From Azolla caroliniana (Eukaryota; Plantae; Polypodiophyta): DNA of 64,000 nt. The stretch spans positions 19,654,001 to 19,718,000 of the forward strand of contig JBHGNT010000002.1 of NCBI GenBank assembly GCA_043228905.1, written 5' to 3'. This document shows, in pieces, positions 1 to 8,940 of the stretch. A model generated the notes under the pieces. It worked only from the letters and a program-made list of their open reading frames with translations, ran no database searches and was not told the origin of the DNA. A program made the translations under genes and the position numbers. How positions within the stretch are numbered: the stretch's first letter is position 1; every line of letters starts with the position of its first letter.

Positions 1-484
1 ATGTCGTGGAAATAACAAACCTATTAGGCATTCATACCTGTATTTAAAATTGATCTACTCTATTGCTTAGGTGATTCACACAAGATCAAACTCCGAACGA
101 TAACGCAACTGGAACCATTATCAACACACTACACAATCTAAGCAGCAATGGAATAGAAACATAATAGTTTTAACAATATAAGACAAAGATCCATAATAAC
201 AACATGGACAGTCATGGCAACAATTATAGGGCCATGTTCTGTTAAGGTTAGCTTGGACCAAAATCAGCCTCCATTTAAGCTAGTTCATGTTTCTCCATAA
301 GTTTGGTAGTCAGCTATGCACGCGGTGAAACCAATATCATAAATCTACTAATCAAGTATATAAAAATAAAATTGAAACATATAGATGATTATAAAGAATA
401 GAATCCACTAGGTAAAACCCAAAATTTGTATTAATAATGTGAAATCTTAACAAATCGTCAGTGTCATATTCTTTATAGAGTCTA

Positions 485-3162
485 TTACATAGCAATCAAT
501 TCATCAACGTCATTTTCTTCATCATCTTGTGTAGAATTGTCTTCGGCTATACGTGCATTGGTTTCCCCTGTTAGCCAAGCCAACGAAATATCTTCTATAA
601 GCTCATCATCAAGCTCTATTAGCTCCCCCGGTTCGCCGGCTAACGGAGGAATAGGCTCTCGCGAAGCAGGTTGAAACCTTTCTGTATTGGCGAGGTTCTT
701 TGCACCGACCTCCTCATCCTGGTCTGGGCACTCCCACAAAGCCTTAATCCGCATATTAATAAATATAACTTGGTCCTCGTCCTTCTCCAATGCAACTGTA
801 TTTCTAAACAGCTTCAATGCACATGCTGACGTAGTTCCTATGATGTAAGTAACAAGAAGATTTAGTTGTCAAACGAAAAAAAAGTGATTGGTTATCTCAA
901 GATCGTTACCCTAGTTCGAGGAATACCTGTGCCAGAAAAGAGATCTAATATCCAGTCTCCTTCGACAGAAAACATCTCGATCAAGCGCATCATAAGTCGT
1001 TGAGGTTTTTGGTATGGGTTGACAAGTCCCCGTTCTGTCATGGTGACATGTCGCAATTTCCGAGTCACTGCTGGATATACCAACAGATTTGAACCTCCCA
1101 CTTCATTAGAATGCTCTTTGATTCTCTATTTTTTAATTTCATCGAAGTAGCCAACCGTTATGTATTCAATGGCATTAACGAACCGAAAAGTTGGCCCTCT
1201 ATTTACATTGGTCTTGATCCTATAAAAAATAATTCATCGAGTTAAGAATAGATTCAACAACCTTAAGAATTGCAATATAATGAAAGACACCTACAAATAA
1301 TTCTTACCATGCAAGGTTCTCGATGCCATGGCAACGAGATCTCAAAGCTTGAGCTACCGAGTACCCTTGGTCCATACTATGAAAGACAACTATTCGCCAC
1401 AAGGATGCGGTCGTTAGCTCAGCGAAATCCTTGACCATCTTCTCCAATTGTTTAAACCTAAACGGTTCATCGTCGTATGATGACCCAGCCATTCGAAATC
1501 CGTAAGGAATATCCGCAATCATTAGCGTATATTCCTTCTTTGGCACCTTCTGGATCAAGTCGATGACATCACCGCAAACCACATTGTAGTAAAGATCTCT
1601 CGTAATATCTTTTTTGTGGCTAAATTTTTTAAACGAGCCATCTTCCTCCATTTCGTACGCCTTGACTAAGCGACGATCCATTTCTTTTCTGGCTCGCTCG
1701 AGATGTGCAAGGAAGGATGTAGGGAAATCGTGTATATCCTTAACTTCTCCTTGTTTCTTGCCTCGACACGGTTTCTAATAGAAGCAATAGGACATCAGGT
1801 ATTATTATACAAGCTCTACATATGATGAAAGGGTAATGAAAAAACATGAATACTAACCCAATCCTTGAATGCAATAAAATACTCTGATAACGCCTTATAC
1901 GAAGACGTTAGAGGATAATCCTCGGTCACTTGTTCCCAAGTTATACATCCAAGTTGTTTCATCATAACTTCTTGGATCTTCATGTACACCTTATGACTGT
2001 AAAATTAGAAATCAAGATTAGAACTTTGAATTACACCAGATAGACTACAATTTCAGTATTTGAAAGACTTACTTATTGAACTCAGTGACCATTTCTTCAA
2101 GGCTTAAATCTTTCGCCACAACCCTTGACAAAACCGACACAAGAAGCTGCTCGTCCTTAATACCTTGCATCGCTCTCCATAGAGACAGCTTCATGTCGTC
2201 TGCCGCTTCTTCAATTGTCAAGTCAATTTTCTTGGCGGCTTGTGACTTTAATTCTAGTTGAGGGTCAACCCTACATTTCTTTTGCCATAGTAAAGGCAAT
2301 TTGTAGATCATTTTCTACTATTTTAAGCTAAAGTAGGTCATAAAACCCCTATAATTAGAGCATGTATTTCTTTAAAAGTAAGTAAAGTCAACATAAAAAA
2401 GACTGATTTTGCCAGACAATTTGATATCATTTCCACCCCATAAACAATTTTTCTCTCTCAAAGCCTTCTTATATACAGGGACTCGATACGCCGTATCGAG
2501 TTCGTGTTTAAAACCTACACTTTAAACACGAACCCGATACGCCGTATCGAGTTCGTGTTTAAAGTTTGAATTTTAAAAAGGAACTCGATACGCCGTATCG
2601 AGTTCCTATTTAAAGTGTAGGTTTTAAACACGAACTCGATACGCCGTATCGAGTTCCTGTTTAAAACCTACACTATAAATAGGAACTCGATACGGCGTAT
2701 CGAGTTCCTGTTTAAAACCTATTTAAAACCTACACTTTAAACACGAACTCGATACGCCGTATCGAGTTCGTGTTTAAAACCTACACTTTAAACACGAACT
2801 CGATACGGCGTATCGAGTTCGTGTTTAAAACCTACACTTTAATCACGAACTCGATACGGCGTATCGAGTTCATGTATACAATACAAATATTTATACACGA
2901 ACTCGATACGGCGTATCGAGTTCGTGTTTAAAACCTACACTTTAAACATGAACTCGATACGGCGTAACAAGTTCCGATTTAAAGTGTAGGTTTTAAACAC
3001 GAACTTGATACGCCGTATCGAGTTCGTGTATAAATATTTGTATTCTATACATGAACTCGATACGCCGTATCGAGTTCTTGAGAAACGAAACATATTTACA
3101 AAAATGTCCACAGTGTCAGAGGCCTACCTGGAGTCCTCGCGCTCGATTCTCTTGGAAGACAT
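485..3162 (-). pseudogene. Six-exon beta-class N6-adenine/N4-cytosine DNA methyltransferase (N6_N4_Mtase-like), about 494 aa, with one premature stop
   Basis: Hand-spliced exons 3162-3128, 2270-2073, 1996-1858, 1774-1308, 1219-927 and 837-485; all introns are GT-AG and phases match (1485 nt). Motifs in beta order: catalytic LMIADIPYG (DPPY-like, 1513-1502), NPYQKPQRLMMRLIEMFS, then SAM-binding ILDLFSGTGTTSACALKLFRNTVALEKD across the exon 5/6 junction. In-frame TAG at 1128-1126 where copy B has CAA. Confidence 0.85.
2479..3077. repeat. Array of 12 x 25-bp palindromes GAACTCGATACG[C/G]CGTATCGAGTTC with mostly 26-27-bp spacers, inside MTase intron 1
   Basis: Repeat starts at 2479, 2530, 2581, 2632, 2683, 2745, 2796, 2847, 2899, 2950, 3001 and 3053 (period 51-52, one of 62). 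Spacers are mostly GTGTTTAAAACCTACACTTTAAACAC or its reverse complement. Confidence 0.97.
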
Positions 3163-3199
3163 GGTTGTTCGTGTTGAAGTGGAGGCGGAGATCGCGCTT

Positions 3200-3290
3200 T
3201 CGTGCTTTGTGCTCTGAGTGCTTTGTGTGCTCTATGTGCTCTCTACGTTCTGTGTGCTCTGTACGCTCTGTACGCTCTGTACGCTCTGGT
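3200..3290 (-). repeat. 9-bp tandem repeats (GAGCRYACA-like) in the putative MTase 5' UTR
   Basis: On the + strand ...ctctgtacg ctctgtacg ctctgtacg... plus degenerate copies, between the TATA box and the ATG at 3162. Confidence 0.6.
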
Positions 3291-3309
3291 GAGTGAAATA
3301 TGATGAGGT

Positions 3310-3993
3310 CTTCCTATTTATAGGGATTGAACACATGGTTAAAGTAACCATAGTCACCTTAACCAATGTTGGTAACTTTGAGGATAGTTAGTTGGTAACC
3401 ATAGTCACATTAACTAGAGTAACTTATGATTGTATTAATGATTACAAAGTCAAACTAACATATTGATCAATCTTTTATAGTCATAACAACCTACAATGAC
3501 TTCAAAGGTTATGAAGGAGACAATGATAGAGGTTCATGAATGTACCAATGATTGATTACTAAAAGCAACAATTGTTATGACTCTCAAATGTTATGTATTA
3601 AATATGTGGGCATGAATTAACCAATGATTGATAAGTCTAATATTTAAAATGGTGAGCATTAAAGAACCAATGCGTGAGACGTTCTATATCAAAATGGGTG
3701 TCATTAATTAGCCAATGATTTTAACATTAATCCAACATATTCAAGGCTTGTTAATGATTAGTTTTATATTTTACTTGATTTAACATCATTTAGATCTAGT
3801 TTATATAATGATTGATAATTTAAGTAAAATTACTTTATTAAAAATAATTTTTAGATGTATTGTATTAATAGAATATTACATAATATAGACATTCTATTGA
3901 TTTGGCTTTTGTTTAGAGAGAAGTTTATGTTTAGGGAGGAGTATATGTTTAGAGAGGAGTATAACTTAGAGAGCCTTATCTAGACCTTAAGCC
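3310..3993. promoter_or_regulatory. Putative bidirectional promoter between MTase and transposase
   Basis: Minus-strand CCTATAAATAGG at about 3313-3324. Five CCAATG boxes at 3363, 3545, 3621, 3667 and 3712. Short 18-bp TATGTTTAGAGAGGAG-type repeats at about 3910-3975. Confidence 0.5.
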
Positions 3994-6774
3994 ATGAGTG
4001 AAGATTCACCGTTCTCGATTGAAGAATATTGTTTGTCATCAGACCCATCGTTTTCTACTGAAGAGTATTGTTTGTCAACAGAGTCACCATATTCGATTGA
4101 AGAATATTGTCTTTCGACCGACTCACCATATTCTATCGAAGAATATTGTCTGAGCTCATCTACAGGGAATGTAAATAATGACACATGTGAAGAGTTCTCT
4201 ATTGAAGAATACGATATTAATAAAGATACCGAGAATGAAGGAAGTGCCCAGGAAACATTGAATAACATTGGCGATGGTCAGAACAGAGAATTAGACTGTA
4301 ACAAGGTTACACCAACCTCTATGCAGGAAGAGAAATCTGGGAGCCCTATGCATATTAGAAGAATCCCACGAAGAATTCGTCTGGCTAGATTTAGCTTGGT
4401 GACATCAGATAAACAGATTGGATTTGATGTCAACAAAATATGTTGTGCCCGTGGTTGTATGTCTATGATTGGAAAATCAAAGTTGCGAGAATTAAGGCGA
4501 TACTATTTTTCGATGACCGGTGATGAGCAAGACACTTACCTCGGATCACATATGCAACTAGTATCTGACAAATGTACGGGGATCAAAGTATCATTCGAGT
4601 ATTATATCTTCCATGCGCAACAGATATGTAGAGTTGCATTCAAAATTGCGTTATGTGTTAGTAACATGCGGCTACATAGAGTACAACAACGTCTACTTAG
4701 CGGGGATCAGATGCTCAATTGTAAAGAGGTTCCAAGTATGAAAGGTGCAATTGGAAGACTGGCTATTGGCTGGATGAAAACTTACTTTCAGTTAAATTGT
4801 GAAGTAATGCCCACTACAGGTAGGATGCATCTTTCTGATAATTATACCCGTCGGGAAGTTTATGATGTCTATCGATCTGAAATGCTGGGCTCACGTAATA
4901 AGTCTATCACCTATAGCCAATTCACAAGATTATGGAGAGCTCGGTTTTCAAATGTTATTATTCCTCGTAAAGTACGTATGGGGTATTGCTCCATTTGTGC
5001 AAATCTTAAAAGTTTGGCTAAAGGTGCAAAGACATCAATGGAAAAGGATACGAGTAAGAAGTTACTACAAGAGCATCGTGAGGCACAATCCTTAGAACGA
5101 AGGAAGGCGATGCATCATAGAGAGAAGTGTTTGAAGAGGCCTGAACAATACATGTGCTTAATGATAGATGGCATGGACCAGAAGAAGACATGCTTGCCGC
5201 ATATGCGGAGGCTCCCCAAAGATGTCAATGATGAGTGCCTTGTTCAAATGCACTTGGTGGGATGCTTGGCTTATAATAGGTCTGTTCGACCTCACGTCTT
5301 CATTACTTACCCCAATGTTCACAATGACCCTAACCTAACAGTTACAGTGATTCACCGAGTTTTGATGTCTTGGGGACAACCTTTCCCCCCTGTTCTATAC
5401 ATTCAATTGGACAATACTGCTAGAGAGAACAAAAATTCAACTGTATTTGGCTATCTAAGTATGTTGGTCAACCTAGAATTGTTTAGGAAAGTGAAAGTCA
5501 ATTTCTTTTTGGTTGGCCACACACATGACCATATAGATCAGATGTTTAGCACATTCTCCAGACAGTTGTCTCGGCATGATGCTTTCACTTTACCTAAACT
5601 ATTTGATGTCATTTGTGATGCATATACACCACGCCCAAAAGTGTTACACTTGAAGGAGGTATATGACTTTAAGAGATATATATTAGATGGGGGTGGTGGG
5701 AATGTTAAAGTGCTTGCTCAGTTAAACAATATAAGTTTCAATCACATTTTTTTGATAAAGAAAAATGGAATAAGTGGTTCTACACTTTTGTATGCTAAAC
5801 AATATTCATCTTCTACAACATGGGAACCTGAAGGTGGTTGCCAGTTATTACTTTGTATGCCGAGTACAATTGTCCATGGAGCTAAGCAAATGCCAATTGA
5901 GAAGAAAGGACAGTTGCAGAGCGACTTGGTATCAGAACAAAAACGGTCATGGCTCCAAGCCTTAGAAGAAAAAAGAAAGCATATTGAGGCCGCCAAGAAA
6001 TATGCCGCACAACAAGACACGTCATGGTGGGATGTATTTTATAGTGATCAGAATGAAATTATAGACAATTGTGTATCTGTTGATAATTGGAATTTGGAAA
6101 CGCCATTCACATGGTCGCTGCAACATGATCGCGTAAATAGAAGTCTGGAGCGACTAGTAAATGCGATTAATGACAGCTTGGTCCATCCACAACAAAGAGA
6201 CATTTATGTGGGACCAAGGATGACCAAAGCAACCGAAGCTAGATGGCAAGGAAATTTGCAAGAGCTCACCGCGGGGATGTTGATTGCAACGCCGGCTGAT
6301 GAGAACTCACATGGCCACCAATTTAGGGTTGGTAAAATTCTAGAAGTGCTAATGCATGAAATAGAAAACACGATCAAGTCTATAAATGTTCATTGGTACA
6401 ACACTAGAAGTGCAAATGCTTTTACAGGTAAGTATACATTGGAGATGATTGAATGCCAAACAAGAAGGGGAGGTAGGAAGAGGAAGCGAAACATTCGTAA
6501 CACCTCGACCCTTGATATCTCTGATGTGGATATCATCGTGTACGACTTCACATTTACAAAAGCCAGACGATTAAGGAAGTCAACAATAGATATAATAAAA
6601 GAAAAATTACCAGGTCTACAAGGTGGCTCGAGTCAAAGGCAAACGAGATCTGCTACATATAATCTAGAGTCAAACCATTTGGTTTATGACGAAGATAATG
6701 CACTGATTGGTACATCCGAGGATGATGAGGAGGAATCGTCATTGTATATTAGTTATAGTAGTGATTCTCCGTAA
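3994..6774 (+). CDS. DDE/DDD (RNase H-fold) transposase-like protein, 926 aa, uninterrupted single ORF (DUF7869-like; Sola/CMC-related, superfamily uncertain)
   Basis: Cys-rich N-terminal part (CCARGC...ICRVAF), SQFTRLW and CSIC...H motifs, and candidate catalytic motifs LMIDGMDQ, LYIQLDNTARENKN and FFLVGHTHDHIDQMFS. Predicted beta-rich C-terminal domain, basic NLS (RRGGRKRKRN) and acidic ends. Confidence 0.8.
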   Translation: MSEDSPFSIEEYCLSSDPSFSTEEYCLSTESPYSIEEYCLSTDSPYSIEEYCLSSSTGNVNNDTCEEFSIEEYDINKDTENEGSAQETLNNIGDGQNRELDCNKVTPTSMQEEKSGSPMHIRRIPRRIRLARFSLVTSDKQIGFDVNKICCARGCMSMIGKSKLRELRRYYFSMTGDEQDTYLGSHMQLVSDKCTGIKVSFEYYIFHAQQICRVAFKIALCVSNMRLHRVQQRLLSGDQMLNCKEVPSMKGAIGRLAIGWMKTYFQLNCEVMPTTGRMHLSDNYTRREVYDVYRSEMLGSRNKSITYSQFTRLWRARFSNVIIPRKVRMGYCSICANLKSLAKGAKTSMEKDTSKKLLQEHREAQSLERRKAMHHREKCLKRPEQYMCLMIDGMDQKKTCLPHMRRLPKDVNDECLVQMHLVGCLAYNRSVRPHVFITYPNVHNDPNLTVTVIHRVLMSWGQPFPPVLYIQLDNTARENKNSTVFGYLSMLVNLELFRKVKVNFFLVGHTHDHIDQMFSTFSRQLSRHDAFTLPKLFDVICDAYTPRPKVLHLKEVYDFKRYILDGGGGNVKVLAQLNNISFNHIFLIKKNGISGSTLLYAKQYSSSTTWEPEGGCQLLLCMPSTIVHGAKQMPIEKKGQLQSDLVSEQKRSWLQALEEKRKHIEAAKKYAAQQDTSWWDVFYSDQNEIIDNCVSVDNWNLETPFTWSLQHDRVNRSLERLVNAINDSLVHPQQRDIYVGPRMTKATEARWQGNLQELTAGMLIATPADENSHGHQFRVGKILEVLMHEIENTIKSINVHWYNTRSANAFTGKYTLEMIECQTRRGGRKRKRNIRNTSTLDISDVDIIVYDFTFTKARRLRKSTIDIIKEKLPGLQGGSSQRQTRSATYNLESNHLVYDEDNALIGTSEDDEEESSLYISYSSDSP
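4003..4158 (+). repeat. 39-bp coding tandem repeat (4 x SPYSIEEYCLS[S/T][D/E]) at the transposase N-terminus
   Basis: Visible directly in the ORF translation; a fifth partial copy (FSIEEY) follows. Confidence 0.85.
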
Positions 6775-7097
6775 AGGACTCTATCATGAATGTATATTTA
6801 GCTATTAAGTGTAACTACATTCCGCTTGTAACAAATCGAGTAATATAAAATCATGTGTTTTGAATTCTTATGATTTCCCAAAAATCGTTTCTTATAAAAT
6901 AACATTGGTTGTAAAGTTTGTGATATAAATTGAGAATGTACGTTTTTGATATTCGTCTTTTTTTAGTTACTTCTAAATCACGAAAATAGTGGATTTTTAA
7001 CCTTTTTCATAGTATGTTTGAACTTGTATGATACTGGTATCAATGTGTTTTGTAAAATCATTGAAAAACCCCTAAAATTACCCTTATCCTTCCATTT

Positions 7098-7133
7098 ATG
7101 CGCGATCCTTCCACTTGTGAACGCGAACGTGTT
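7098..7133 (+). repeat. Terminal repeat of copy A (transposase side)
   Basis: ATGCGCGATCCTTCCACTTGTGAACGCGAACGTGTT; 35/36 identical to 8905-8940; lies exactly at the junction where MTase homology begins mid-exon. Confidence 0.8.
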
Positions 7134-7804
7134 TGCCTACTTCAATGAAATAAAGAAACAAAGAATCAAGGAGCATTCTAATGAAGTCAGAGGTTCAAAT
7201 CTACTGGTATATCCAACAATGACACGGAAATTGCGACATGTCACCACGACAGAACAGGGACTTGTCAACCCATACCAAAAACCTCAACGACTTATGATGC
7301 GCTTGATCAAGATGTTTTTTGTAGAAGGAGATTGGATATTAGACCTCTTTTCTAGCACAGGTATTCCTCGAACTAGGTTAACGATCTTGAGATAACCAGT
7401 ACTAATTCTTTTTTGTTTGAAAACTAATTCTTCTTGTTGCTTTCTTCACAGGGACAATGTCTGCATGTGCATTGAAGCTTTTCAGAAACACAGTTGCATT
7501 GGAGAAGGATGAGGAGCAAGTTATATTTATAAACATGAGGATTAAGGCTTTGTGGGAGTGCCCAGACCAGGACGAGGAGGTCGGTGCAAAGAACCTCGCT
7601 GATACCGAAAGGTTTCAACCTGCTTCACGAGAACCTATTCCTCCGTTAGCCGGGGAACCGGGGGAGCTAATAGAGCTTGATGATGAGCTTATAGAAGATA
7701 TTACGTTGGCTCAGCTAACAAGGGAAGACAATGCACATATAGCCGAAGAGACTTCTATAAGAGATGAAGAAGAAAATGACATGGACGATTTGATTGCTAT
7801 GTAA
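7134..7804 (+). pseudogene. 3' part (partial exon 5, exon 6) of a second amino-MTase copy
   Basis: YFNEIKKQRIKEH...NPYQKP...ILDLFSSTG, the same intron (about 7361-7451), then TMSACALKLFRNTVALEKD...DDLIAM*. The SAM motif carries a G>S change and the 5' side is cut off by copy A. Confidence 0.85.
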
Positions 7805-8283
7805 TAGACTGTTTTGTTGACGAAATGTATTGTTTGGAATTCACATTACTAATACAAATTTTGGGTTCTACTTGGTGTATTCCATTCTTTATATTCTTCT
7901 ATATGTTTCAATTTTATTTCTATATACTTGGTTTGTTGACTTATGACATTGGTTTCACCACGTGTATTGCTGACTACCAATATGGAGAAACATGAATTAG
8001 TTTACATTAAGGTTGATTTCGATCAAACTTTACCTTAACATAACATGCTCGTAGAACTGTTGCCATGACCGTCCATGTTGTTATTTGCGATCAATTGTCG
8101 AGATTGTCATTTTGTGTCTAATATATACCAGTCCATATATTATGGATCTTTGTCTTCTATTGCTAAAACTATTATGTTTCTCTTCCACTGCTACTTAGAT
8201 TGTGTAGTGTATTGATAATGGTTCCACTAGCGTTATCCACATGTTTTTATACGCTTGTAGTTCCACTAGCGTTATCATTCGGA

Positions 8284-8560
8284 GTTTGATCCCATGTGAA
8301 TCACCTAAGGAATAGATTAGATCAATTTTAAATACAAGTATTGAAAGCCTTAATAGGTTTGTTATTTCCATCACATTATCCTAAAGTTCATTGTCTTACA
8401 TTGTCCACAATTATATACATATGGTTTGATCCCATGCGAACAAACTAAGGAATAGATTAGATCAACTTTAAATACAAGTATTAAATACCTTAATAAGTTT
8501 GTTGTTCCAATCACATTATCCTAAAGTTCACTATCCTACATTGTCCACAATTATATAAAT
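8284..8560 (+). repeat. 140-bp tandem duplication in the subterminal region of copy B
   Basis: GTTTGATCCCATG...TTGTCCACAATTATATA starts at 8284 and at 8424. Confidence 0.85.
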
Positions 8561-8895
8561 ACGAGAATGGGTCAAAGTATAAATTATAACTCATTTTATT
8601 AGTATGGTTACAAGTACACCTCATATTTTTGTAAAACTTACCAAAATAATATAAGTCTTTAACTGAGTGTTTGCCATGTCACACATTAGTGAGATATTGA
8701 GCCATTGTTGAACTTTATTATGCCTACATTAACTTATCAACACATCCAAACTTATTTGAATTTCTAATGTTCTCCACTCAGAGACCTATCATGTATTTTT
8801 ATATTTGCAAATTCTAATCAAGTTGTGGAACATGTGATACTAGTGCATCCATTTTTTGTAGAGAGGGTATATTTGGATATTTTCAAAAAGATTCT

Positions 8896-8940
8896 ACAAG
8901 TGGAATGCGCGATCCTTCCACTTGTGAACGTGAACGTGTT
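8896..8940 (+). repeat. Terminal repeat of copy B (MTase side) with subterminal hairpin
   Basis: ACAAGTGGAA-tgcgcgatcc-TTCCACTTGT (10-bp stem) followed by GAACGTGAACGTGTT. Confidence 0.75.

Larger units (their letters stand above)
1..7133 (+). mobile_element. DNA transposon copy A (left end outside window) carrying a transposase, a DNA amino-methyltransferase and a palindrome array
   Basis: Divergent transposase (3994-6774 +) and MTase (485-3162 -). A 36-bp terminal sequence at 7098-7133 recurs at 8905-8940 at the MTase-side end of the oppositely oriented copy B, so it behaves as a TIR. Confidence 0.75.
7134..8940 (-). mobile_element. DNA transposon copy B (same family, opposite orientation): MTase 3' half, 3' flank and terminus
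   Basis: 7135-8376 is a diverged inverted copy of 1-1152. It ends in the same 36-bp terminal sequence at 8905-8940, abutting a truncated Copia LTR. Confidence 0.75.

Noticed and set aside
2479-3077. CRISPR array
   Set aside because: Spacers are repeats or reverse complements of one another rather than unique, there are no cas genes, and the array is in a spliceosomal intron.
7018-7395. 125-aa ORF as an independent gene
   Set aside because: It is a chance read-through from the transposon terminus into the truncated MTase exon and on into an intron.
1-8376. 1-1152 and 7135-8376 as giant TIRs of one element
   Set aside because: The arms are clearly diverged, the right arm starts mid-exon just after a 36-bp terminus, and that terminus recurs at 8940; nested insertion of two copies fits better.
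8896-8940. Helitron/Helentron end (hairpin plus TT)
   Set aside because: No Rep/helicase is present, there is no CTRR end, and the linked protein has DDE-type motifs.
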